Shown here: one piece after another, positions 1 through 11,022 of the stretch
Numbering within the stretch: the first letter of the stretch is position 1
How the letters are laid out: every line of letters begins with the position of its first letter
NCBI GenBank assembly: GCA_905178155.1
Contig: CAJINV010000001.1
Coordinates: 8,504,394 to 8,568,393, forward strand
From: Amoebophrya sp. A120
Taxonomy: Eukaryota > Protista > Dinoflagellata
Reading direction: 5' to 3'
Length of the DNA: 64,000 nt
The notes under the pieces: generated by a model
What the model was told of the DNA's origin: nothing
Database searches by the model: none
What the model saw: only the letters and a program-made list of their open reading frames with translations
Position numbers and translations under genes: made by a program

Positions 1-2
1 AG

Positions 3-2228
3 AAAAACGAGCAGATCGGCGGCTCCTCCTCCTCCCGCGCTCGAAACACGAATGCTGGCGCAGCTTCATCGTCTCCTTCTGCTGCCAACAGCAACAAGCG
101 GAAGTCGAGTCGGAAACAGAACCCGGTTATTGCAGCAGAGTCGGAGAAGAGTAAGAAACAGAAGGTGGAACAAACAAGCCAGGGCGGCGGGAAAGGTGAC
201 TGGACGCTCCATCACGTAGTTGACGACGACAACAGTTCGGGCATCTTTGGGGGCGAAAATCGAGAACAATCCCCAAACGAGGACCCAGATGAAGGCGCGG
301 AGGTGGACGACCCGCTTTCCTTTCTGGAGGAACAGCAAAACAAGCCGAAGAACGCGAAGGTCAAGCCAAAGACCGCGAATAAGGCGGCGAATCCGAAGCG
401 GAAGCCGGCGAAAAAACCCAAGAAGGACATCACGGGCGGGAATTATAATGGCAGCCAGAGTGGTGCCCTCGTGCTCGTCGCAAATGACAACCAAGACGAC
501 GGAGTGGAGCACGAAAACAACCAACTCGCGGTCCTTTCACAGGAGAACATGATGAAGCCTTGGGAGGGCGAAGTCGACGAGTCCCTGCCGCTGCAGGAAC
601 AGCGGTTGCTCCACCGGGAGCGTACGCAGGCTAAGTTTTCCCTCTACTCCAAAACAAGCAACATCGTCCCCAAGGCGAAATCCGGATTCGAGCTTTGGCT
701 CGAAGAAGAGGGCTACCTGCACGACGACCCCGAAGCCGCCTGGAAAGCCTGCCCCGACCAGGCGCAGTACTTCGCCAGAGCGAAGGACGACGTGAACAGG
801 TACACTCGTCTCTTCATACGTTTCTTGAAAGCTCGTTGTTGATGGGATTTATTGTCCTCGCTTGGCTTCAAACTCAAGAGTGAATTTCCATTTTTTTTCA
901 CTTTCCGACTTTTGCCACGGAAATCAATTGCAGGACCACGATGACGTGTACAACATCTGTCAGAAATGAAACCAAAAAACAGGTATGAGGAAGAACTGAA
1001 CGAAGTCCACGGAGTGCGCAAGGACGCGATGTTCTCTTTGATTATGCTTGCTGGAAAGCGTTCCAAGAATAAGGGCGCGCCCGCGAGCAAAGCCCAGGAA
1101 CAATTGGTTGTCCAGGAACCCGACGAATTCGCAAATCTCTTCGGCAACACCGGGGCGGAGGCAGGAAGGTATAGAAAAGTGTCAACATCTTCCAGTGCAG
1201 CTGATGCAAACGCAGCATTAACTTTTTGTCCAAACCACGGCCGATGAGGAGCTTTCAAGTAATATCTGTAGATCTTTACAACTTCACAACTTCACAACTT
1301 TCAGATCCAGTTTCTCTTTTCATCCGAGCGTTTTACTTTTACAACTTTCTTCTAACAAACCCACAGCTCCGGAAATGTGGAGAATAACAACGAGGAAGAA
1401 GAAAATGCGCTGGCCATGTTCGGGGAGGACCCGCAACCGGCGGACAACAACGACGTGTCCGGCAACAACGGACCGGTCGCGCAAGTCCGTCTCGACGAGA
1501 ACGGCGAGATCGTGATTGAGGACAATTTGAACATGGAAAACGGACAGATCGTCGACGCCAAGGACAACAACATGCAGCTCCCCGAGCACTCCCTCCTGGC
1601 CAACATGGCGAACCTGGGCAGCAACCACAAGCGGAGGAAGGCGGCGCAGAAGTGGACCGTCGAGGACACGAAGAAATTTTACGAGGCGGTGTCCGCGTTT
1701 GGCTACGACCTGGTGCTGATCGGCTCCGTGTTCCCGCAGAAAACTGCTGCGCAAGTGAAGGCAAAGTACACGCAGGAGATGAAGAAGAACCCGGATCTGA
1801 TGGACGGGGCCTTCATGGAAAAGAAGGACTGCAAGAAGTTCTTCGAGAAGGAGAAGTGGAAGATCGACGAGTCCAAGCACTGGCGGCCGCCGCTCGCGAA
1901 CGGCAGTCCGGAGGAGGAGATGAAGGCGCTGGAAAACGGGGCGGCGGACGACTTTACCAGCGGCGACTTCTTCCAGGACATGGGGTTGGAAAACACCAGC
2001 GGCCTCTTCGGCGGCTCGCCCTTCATCAACCCGGCCTCCAGCTCGCGGTTCGGGCCGCCCACTGCGCAGGGCGGGCCGAAGAAGCGCTTCGCGCCGCCCG
2101 GCCAACAGGTGGGGTTGCCGGTGTCAACCTCGGCCGCGCGACCAGCGGTTGCTCCGCCACCCGCTCCGAAACCGGACACCGACGCCGACTTGTTCGATGC
2201 GCTATTTTACGATGGGGCAACAGGATGA
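3..2228 (+). CDS. Bdp1-like (TFIIIB B'') SANT/Myb protein with an upstream HMG-box-like segment; 5'-partial, exons <3-799, 983-1168, 1367-2228
   Basis: The frame is open from base 3. GT-AG introns 800-982 and 1169-1366 join ORFs 165, 966 and 1377 in frame. KWTVEDTKKFYEAVSAFGYDLVLIGSVFPQKTAAQVKAKYTQEMKKNP resembles the Bdp1 SANT domain. PKAKSGFELWL...AWKACPDQAQYFARAKDDVNRYEEEL resembles an HMG-box. Confidence 0.75.
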
Positions 2229-4558
2229 CGGAGGACGGACGGTGCGAGTTTGGTGTGATCACGTTGATGAAATGACTTTGAGTATAGCGACAATGAGTAA
2301 TGAGTGATATTTGCTCGATGGTACAATAAGGATTCGCTTTCTGGTAGCAAGCGCGCAGAGATTAACTTGCCACTACGTACTGGCGGAAACAGCAGAGACG
2401 AGCACGGATCTAGGTTAGCGTTGTGACCAAGAAGGAAAAGCAGCTTTTTCCATCGTAAATGGAGCAAGATTGTATAGCAAGTGTTCGCCACTTTTACTGA
2501 TGACTCCAGACCTGCACCTGCCGCCGCTCAAGATTTCGTCAGAGCAAGTGCGCTGGTTTTGGCTGCGTGATTTCCTTCGAGTTCGTTTCAGATCGCTGCA
2601 CTGCAAGAGGGGCGCGCCCTTCCGTGCGGGCCGCGAGTTGTCGGGGTCTCTAGCGGAAGGGTCGCGATCTCCGGCCTCCATCGGAGAAGGCGCGGGCCCG
2701 AGGTGTAGCGCCCCGGCAGCGGCGCGCGCATTTCGGGGCTGGGGCGGAGCTATGCCGCGGCGGGCGGCGTAGCTGGCGCGGAAGGCCGAGGGCGCGGGAG
2801 CCGCTGCCACTTTGCTGGGGCGCCTATTCGCGACAGGGCGGGCCCGGCGCGCCAGAACTTTGCAGAAGCGGCCCCGGCGCTGCTCCGAGGGGTGGCCACG
2901 CTCCACACGGATCTGCTGCGCGAGACAGGTAGAAACGGACCTACTGCGCGAGTTGAGCCCAGCGGCGTGGGCACCAGGCTGCCGGTGTGCCCGGTCGTGG
3001 GCATCGCGTTGGGCGATGCTGAGGCCATGGGCCGGCCCCTTTCGGTGTTGGAAGTGCGTTTGAGGGAGAGCGTTTTTGTTGGCCTGTGCCGCGATGTGGG
3101 GCTGCCGGCGGACGTAGGGGCGCCGCGACTGGGAAGGCCGCAGCAACTACTGGCCAGGATCGACGAAGAACGAGATGGGCGCGCTGTAGTTGTGTGGGAT
3201 TCGGATGTCGGTGCGTGCTGCTCTGGAGGAAAACCCCCGCAAGCGCGAACCTCCGCCGAAGCGGCGCCGTTCCTACTGCGGACCACTGGCCTGGCCAACA
3301 CGCTCAACCGCCTCGCCTTGGGGCATTCGAAGGGGCCCCGGGGCAAGCTTTCTAAGGTCTGCGCCCGCCTCTGCGGGCAGGGCGGCCGGCGCGTTATTAC
3401 CCCGACCCCCTGGCCCGGGCGTGCGCCCGCCGGCAAGGCCCAGGCCCCGGCAGAGCTTGGCGCCGCGCGTGCGCGCCCATGAAAGAGTCGCCGGAGAGCG
3501 TACTTGCCAAGACCCTGACCGAAGCCGCAGCCGAAGCAATCGCGGACGGCGCCAATAACAAGACGCGCCGAAGCAGAGCGGTTCCGGTGCAGGATCTACC
3601 CAATTACTGGGCGAGGTGCCGGGCCATTCCGGTGGCGGTGCCGAGATCTGGAACGGGGGAGGCCCCCCCCTTTGAGAGGACCGGCGCCGCCGCCGGGGAA
3701 TCTGTATGCTTGCTGCTTGCATTTCATGCAGCGCAGCTTTTTTCTAGATTCGGCGGGCCGGCCCGGGGGCTTGCCAGCTGGCCCAGGCGCCCATCCCCCA
3801 TCGCCCGCCGGCGCACTCCAAAGCACTGTCGCGCTTCTACCCTTAGCGCAGTGCGTGCCCCTGGCGCTTCTTAGCGTTGCCCTTCATATAGAAAGCGGCG
3901 CGGTGGCGGGGCATGCTGCGAGCCGTGATGGAAGACGGACGAAGGCCAGTTGCGTGTGAGTGCGCCTGCGCATGTCGGAGTTTGTTGCAAAAGGGCCGGC
4001 GCGCAGTCTCCGCCGCCGATTCTAGTCATTCTAAAAATTTCGCCCGTCGCACTTCTGCGACCCACAAAAGTGCTGACTCGCCTGTGTTCCAAGAAGCTAC
4101 ATGTTAGTCCACAAGGACGTCGCGCAATCGTGTAGTAAGTTCTGAGCCGCTGGAAGTATAGTGAAAATCTGCTACAGCAAAAACATTTGAGGAAAATTCA
4201 CTTGGTGACGAATTTCTGTTTTCAGTTCTACTCTCAAAGGACAAAATGTAAATGAAATCGCCAAGAATGGAGCACGGCGCCACGATGGATGCGCGCTTTC
4301 TTAAATGTCAATGTTGATCCTCATGACACTAAGATCGAGATCATCATGCCGAAACTGAGCGCATCTTCGCCTCAATTTCTCTAGATCACTCGGACACGAC
4401 TGAACTTAAGCATAAAACTCACAGGACCTCTGGCATTCACCATGAGTAGTGTTCTTTTTTTCAACTGTTTAGAAGACCCCACGGTGTAGTGCTCAAAGTC
4501 AATAACACGTTCAAATACACGACTTTCTACGCAACTTCCAAAACAACCAGAAATCAAT

Positions 4559-4930
4559 ATGGCGGGTACGGACGCTCGCATGATATTTGTGGGCGGGCTC
4601 CATGAGGAGGTGACCGAGGAGTCCCTACGACAGGCATTTCTGCCCTTCGGCGAGATCAAGGAGTGCAAGATACCAAAACGAGAAGGGAAGACCCGGGGCT
4701 TCGGCTTTGTAGAGTACGAGGATGAGGAGGATGCGAAAGCGGCCATCGACAACATGGACCAATCAGAGTTCTTCGGGAAAACACTGGTCGTGAACACGTC
4801 GAAGTCCCAAGCGCTCGGACAGACGGCGCAGCGCATGACAAAGCCGGTATGGGCGGACGACATCCTGCACGGGCAAATGCTGCAGCGGGGCTTGGGACTG
4901 CAGAAGGGGAAATTGCGGTGTCTCGCATAG
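4559..4930 (+). CDS. Single-RRM protein similar to the N-terminal RRM of cyclophilin E (PPIE/Cyp33)
   Basis: RNP2 IFVGGL and RNP1 RGFGFVEY are present, followed by AAIDNM and KPVWADD as in PPIE-type RRMs. The 3' end is uncertain. Confidence 0.8.
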   Translation: MAGTDARMIFVGGLHEEVTEESLRQAFLPFGEIKECKIPKREGKTRGFGFVEYEDEEDAKAAIDNMDQSEFFGKTLVVNTSKSQALGQTAQRMTKPVWADDILHGQMLQRGLGLQKGKLRCLA

Positions 4931-5809
4931 TTCTTACTAGGCGGCGTTTACGCCATATGCGAGCAAACGAAAAGAGACGAACTAGTGCCCGCGTGAAGAT
5001 TTTAATCCGCACCCCCAAGGACGACCCGAGAAAACCTGCAACCTCCCCGGTTTGGCGTTCCAATTTTATCGCAATGATGACGCAAATTTAAACTCAAAAG
5101 CAATGCGACCTCCGGATTTCCGGATGGTGTAGATCATTGTATACTGCTGATGCTTTGTTGTTCGATGCAGCAAGAGAAGCTAGGTGTTTCGTCATTTTGA
5201 AGATCGGTGACCGCCCAAGAAGCATTCGGTTCGATGAAAAACAATTGCTCGTCGGATTCTGTTGTAAGTTGCGGTTAGATTCGGTTGAAATAAGTTTGTC
5301 GCCTCGGTTTTGTCCCCAAGCGGTTTCCGCAGAAGTCTCTTTTGTTTCGTCGGTACTGAAGCTGACGGAAAAATAACCTGTATCGGAATGTAAACGAAAA
5401 CGAAAACAAAGGTTCATCGGATGGTAAATTATTCACACGACGCTCCTTGGAATTGAAGCCGTCAGAAAAGTTGTTCGGTAGAAGTGGAAGGAATTTCATT
5501 GATGCTGGTCACTGTTTCTTTGTAAAAGTAAAAGTGGAGACTTGTGATAAATTTTCAGGTCGTCAACATTCAATATTTGTCCCTGCGCACTCTAATATAA
5601 AACAGTAGTGTTGATAATCGGAAAACCATAAATCATGTTCGACGGATCCTAACCCCATATTTGTATTTTAGGATGAATAAGGCGACTTGGATTTCGAACA
5701 GAAGTGTTTTGGTATTTCGCAGCGTTATAATGTATCGACACCGAGTCGATAATTTGAATTCTTAGTGCCAGAGACATCGGAATACTTTTCTTCTACGCCC
5801 TAAGTGATA

Positions 5810-7776
5810 ATGAGTTCCGCGTTTCCGGCGTCCTTCTCCGGGAACGGCGGGCAACGGTCCTCGGGTAGCGCCGTAAGTCCGCCGCGACCCACCACTCATT
5901 TTGACATTGCGGCTCCGACACCCTCCAGACCCCGTCGGTTAAGCGAACTGCAGGACCAGCTAGAGGAGCAGCGCTTGGCGCTGGAAAGAGTCAAGCGGGC
6001 CAGTGGTGCCTTTCTCGTGGAGAGAGCGTCCGCTCCGAGACCCGCTGCACGGGCATCTACTACATCGGAAAACATCAAAGCCGATGCTGAGTTCGTCTCG
6101 GCTGCCTTTGGCGATTCGTACAGGAAAGAGCCAGAGGAAAGGATTGATGGCCAGCACTTCCGTGTACACGAGAGCGCCGCGCGCACCACGGGGGCACAAT
6201 CTGCTTCCCTGGCGAGGAACACCGGCGCGCCGGAACAGGTGAAAAAAGCGCGGCAAGCCGTGGACTTCAATCTTCCTCGGGGAAGTTTGAAGTCCACGGG
6301 TTCCCCCACAACCCACCGTGCCTTCCCGACATGGATGGAGCGCGAATCGGAGGAGGAAGGGGAGGACGACGACTGCTGTACCAGGTTCCGGAAAAAGTTG
6401 AGCCGATTCGTGAAGCACCCCATGTTTGAGACGGTCATTCTGTTGCTCATCCTCGTCTATCCTGTGCAAAAGTATCGTACTCGTATAAATGCGAGTCTTG
6501 CATTACAAATCTTTTTCTTATCGTAAATCCGCACTACAAACTTTATAGTATCATGCTGAGGAAATTTGTAATGCATTTATACGAGTGCGATGCTTTTGCA
6601 TTTGATATCGTCGACCTCTTTGTCGTGCTCTCTTCCGAACAATCCAGCCACGAATTCCAGTTCAAAAGCCACCACGGCTACGGGAAGCAGACCCTCATCG
6701 TGGGGTACGACGAAGCGAACGATGTTTTGTTCATGGAGCCACCGACTTACCACCCACCTGCTGGAGGTACATCAGGAGGCCACAGCAGTTTCTCGTTTTT
6801 GGAAACTGAGGAAAGAACAGGGGTTCTTGCAGCGACTTCGATTTTGGTTCAGGATGGAGGAATTGCAGGATCTTCCGGGGGGCATGGTGTTCCGTTTCGT
6901 GTTCAGGCGGATGTGGAAAAACGCGCTGGAAGCGAAACTTCTGCCTCCACCGATGAGGCGATGACTGTCGAGGAAAAAATGGGTCTGGTCGTCGAAGATT
7001 TGTCCAGGGAACAAGGAAATTTGCCGGACAGTGGGGGCGCGCGGCGTCGGCGGCGAACTGAGGCCGGCGGAGATGATGATGACACTGCGCACCGGCACCA
7101 GAGCAGCGGATTTTTGGAAGTTAACAAGGTTGGGGAGAAGAAAACGGGCCGCACGACTACAAAACTGGGAAGAACAGCAACAGGAACGACAAAACACCAA
7201 GTTTCCAGCGGTCACCACGAGAAGCCATCGAAGGCGTTTATTAGTCGCGCGTGGAAATTGAACTTCATCACGGTGGTCATTTCCAAAATCCTGCTTTGCA
7301 TCTTCATGTTGGAGATCACACTGCACATCGTCGCGCACGGCTTCAAAGGCCACTTTCTGGAGGGCCACGGGCACTGGTTCACGTTGGTTGGCCACTGGAT
7401 TGACGCCATCGTCGTGCCGACAAGTTTTGTAATCGAATTCTTCTTCGAGGAGTCCATGCACGCCGCAGATCTGCTCATCGTCCTCCGGCTGTGGCGGTTC
7501 GTGCGGATTCTGGTCGGGTTTTACCAGTCTATCGCCGTGGTGGTGGACGAACAAGCGCGCTGTGAGAAGATGATCGAGATCACATCGCAGGTGAATCACT
7601 TTCTGTCCCAAAAGGGGTTGCATGACGAGTTCGAAACATACCTCGAAGAGCACGACGAGCATCAACACGGAGAAGAGGGGGACGCGAACGCCGGCAGTGC
7701 GAAAGAAAGCGCCTTGTCTGTCTTTCGCTCCTTGCAGAAAGGGTCTTTTCGCAGTGGGAAAGCGGACGCGGAGTAG
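5810..7776 (+). CDS. HVCN1: Voltage-gated proton channel Hv1; exons 5810-6457 and 6613-7776
   Basis: After removing the 6458-6607 element, S1 reads FETVILLLILVDLFVV with the selectivity Asp. S2 is ILLCIFMLEI, S3 is WIDAIVV and S4 is LIVLRLWRFVRI (the RxWRxxR Hv1 signature). No pore domain follows. Confidence 0.88.
6458..6607. mobile_element. Introner, 150 bp, TSD TCGTC
   Basis: Imperfect TIR tatcctgtgcaaaagtatcgtactcgtataaatgc / gcatttatacgagtgcgatgcttttgcatttgata. TCGTC at 6453-6457 and 6608-6612. Excision gives ...LILV|DLFV. Confidence 0.9.
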
Positions 7777-8656
7777 TTCTTGATGGGGAGTATTTATTGT
7801 TTTTTTATTCCATTGGTGTTGTCATATATGAAACCTTGTTTTTTCGTAGCGTTTAAGTAACATGTAAGATCGCATCTCAAGTACCATTTTTATTTTAACA
7901 TTGACCTCATTTAACATTGACACGACAGTCACAGTAATTGATAGAGTAAATCGCAAACTCAAGAAAAGACTACGCAGAAAGATTCTTTCGTGATCCTACA
8001 GATTCGGGATCAGCAGTAAAGTTCATTCATTACAAACCAAGACGAATTCTATGGTTGATGATGAAAGGAGACGCACTGCGACGGATGAAAAACAACAAGG
8101 CGGCTGCAGTGCCCCGCCCATAAGACCAGCCGCAGCAGGGAGCAGTTTTAGTGTACGTTTGCTGCTATCGGTGCTGCACTTTTTGTCTCGAAAGTTTACC
8201 AAAAACATCGAACATTGGTCGGTTGTACCGGAGCAGCTCCCTGTTTCACCGCATCTCGCAAAGGCAGGAGCTTTTATTCTCGGTGTCACGAAAGAACGTC
8301 CCGTAATAAAGTCCTCCGTCATGTCGGTTTGATCTCTGACTCTCGTGAAATTTAATTGGTCGCAATACCAGCAGCAGGCTTTCCTGCAGTTCATCGGAGA
8401 ACAAGTCTTTTCTTATTCCAACTATGCGAATTTCTCTTCTGCATTGCAGGTAAGTGGGACAGGAGTCCTCGTTGCATGGGGAACACTAGTTCTCTGTATT
8501 GACGAAGCACTTGGGAGGACACGCTTATACTATAGAAAAAAAATTGCAACTCCTTCAGGTCGTGTAAGTACTTTTCTCTTGCGTACTAACTTGCTGCAAT
8601 TTGATATTTCCAGCACTACATCAGTAGTATCCCCAGCAATTTTCCGCAGCCACAAA

Positions 8657-9924
8657 ATGAGTGCAAAAATCGATTGCCAAGAACGGAGTCCGATTCAAGA
8701 GAATGAAATCGTTCCCGGGCTACCGCCCGAAAGCGCCCGCGGAAGCAGTAGTCGGTCCAGGAACAAGAGCCCGCTTAGCAGTAAAGCCACGTCCCGAAAA
8801 GGCTCGAAGAAGCGGGCGCGGTCGGTGTCTCCGCAATCCCCGACGGCGGTGGAGAACGTCGGTGTGAGCCCCTCTGTGCGGGACTGGAACGACGTACCGG
8901 GGGCGATGATTGTTCCGATGGATCACGCCGGGGATCATATAGATGGTGGAAATTTGGATCCTACAAATGCAGAAACCAAAGAAAAATCAAAATCCTTCTG
9001 CATAGCCTTTCACCCGGCCGTGAAGAGCAAAGTTTCCGACGCCAAGAAAATCGTGCTCGTTTGCTGCCCGGGGAATGGGCTCGGGCCTGGCCCACTGGGG
9101 AGCTTCGGCCCGGACAAACTGTTCCTCAAGCTCGCGCAAGAGATGACGACCGCGTGCCGTACCTGCCGGAAGCACCGGCACTGCGAGATTTCGGTCGTCA
9201 ACGTCGTGTACCACCGGCGGGCGCAGGTGGAGCCGGCCGTCGAGGACGTCGTCGTCGCGGTCCAGTGGGTCGCGCGTCAGTTTCCGCCCGACACCATGGT
9301 CGTTTTGCTAGGTTGGTCCATGGGCGGCGCGGTCGTGATTGAAGCGGGGTATCGGGTGACGCAGACTTTGAAGGTCGTTCCACCCGAAAATTGTAGCATC
9401 ATCACGCTGGGCGGGCAGTCGGCCAAGGCGGGGAAGATTGTCGCTTTGCACGAAAAGACGCCACTGCTCATCCTTCAAGGGGGCGCCGACCGGTGTATCC
9501 GCCCGCAGTGTGGCATATCAAAAGTCAAAATGTCTGAGTCTGGAAACTTGTGATGCTGGGTGGCGTCTCATGATGACGCTACAAATGCTGTCTCAGCATG
9601 ACAAGTTTCTGAGCTCCTAGGTGTTGCCTATTCTGCATGACAAACTGCGCTTCTGCGTCACAGAAAAACGGAGCTCTTGGGTAACGTGCGTGACAGATTT
9701 AAGAGTCATGTCAGACAAGCATGACAGTCATGAATTCTTCCAGACCCAGACATTTTTACAGTTGATATGGCAGGGGCTTGTACAAAAGGAGCCTGGACGC
9801 GGGAAAAACCAATGTTTTCTACGAAGAGTTTCCGGAAGACAGTCACGACACCGAGACGGCTTACCAGTTTTTGATCAAGCAACAAAAACTGCTGGAGTTG
9901 CTGGGCGCAAAAAAGGAAAAGTAA
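8657..9924 (+). CDS. Alpha/beta-fold serine hydrolase interrupted by an introner
   Basis: Nucleophile elbow GWSMGG and acid loop LLILQGGAD. After excising 9516-9767 the frame continues RPQCGRGLYKR...EEFPEDSHD, supplying the probable catalytic His, to TAA at 9922-9924. Confidence 0.8.
9516..9767. mobile_element. Introner family A, 252 bp, TSD TGGCA
   Basis: TIR tatcaaaagtcaaaatgtctgagtctggaa / ttccagacccagacatttttacagttgata. TGGCA at 9511-9515 and 9768-9772. Confidence 0.92.
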
Positions 9925-11022
9925 GCGAGTTTTTACATCGGAACAAACAAAATTTGCCAATCAAAAAAGCGTAAGACAGGCCCACAACGACCTGCAGCGT
10001 TCGTAAGCGACACAAGCAAGAAGAAAGTTCAAAAATACAATAAAAAAAAAAACAGTTCCTTCAAGCACAAGCTCCAAACTTTTTACACTTTTTACTTTTC
10101 AACAGCGAGAAACAGGACTACGTTTAAATTTTTAGAACATCACTGCTTTGTAGCCTTCCCAGCTTTTCAGTAGACTTTTAACTTTCAGCGTCAAGCTTTT
10201 AACTTTTCAACAACTTCAGTAGCAAACAAAATAGTACTCCCAAATCACTTTCGAACTTCTTATAAGAAAGAGCTTTCTCTCGTCCTCAGCAGCAGTTCCT
10301 TCTAGTTTTTCTAAGGTTGGAGCCAAAGCAGCTCCACCAAGTTGTCCTCTTTTTGTTGAAGTAGCGCTAGACACATGTGAAGAAAGAACAACTTTCAAGC
10401 GGTTCCATGTGACCACTCTCAACAAACAAACAAAAACTTGCCATCCACTAGTTTTCGAATCGCACGGACCTCCTGTGGACCGACCTGAACCTTTGAACCT
10501 GCGAGATGCGACCCTTAGTGTGCCAATCTCTACTTCAATATTGCGTCTTTATACTTTTGGTTTTGCTTACGTTAGGGGGTACTTTGCCGATCAGAACGAG
10601 TGGTGTTCAAGCGGGATTGGACAAAACAGGGCTCGTGCATCCTGAGTGTTGTTGCGTAATTTGAAGGAGCAAATGCCGCTGCAGCCAGAAAGCATTGCCA
10701 TCGTGATGTAGGAAAAGTGCAAGATCGGGCTCCCATTGCTGGTCTACGCTGCCCTCAGAAAGAACAAGTCGTGTAGATCTTCGGTCAGATTGTATGTCTA
10801 TGTAGTCAATGAAGTTCCGACGCAGAGGCAAGTCCTGCAAAACAGCGATCTTAAAGACCCTTTTTCGCCCAGGTCCTCATTTTGGAATGGGACTTCTTTA
10901 CTTATAATTTGTGTAAGTATGATAAAAGTGGCTACTTCGACGTACTGCTTCTGCTGCACCTGGGTCGTATAACGCTGTACCAAACACAGTAGGACACTCT
11001 AGATACGAGTACCAACAAGATC

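Noticed and set aside
795-985. AACAGGTA direct repeat at both ends of intron 800-982 as a TSD
   Set aside because: It overlaps an ordinary AG|GT splice context in a canonical intron that has no inverted ends.
2530-2545. gctcaag as a relic dinoflagellate spliced leader
   Set aside because: Only 7 nt match. I found no convincing CCGTAGCCATTTTGGCTCAAG copy in the window.
9521-9553. Recurring peptides KMSGSG, CKNVWVW and KGKIPPPHIENEICDA as a protein family
   Set aside because: They are translations of family A and D introner TIRs, not coding sequence.
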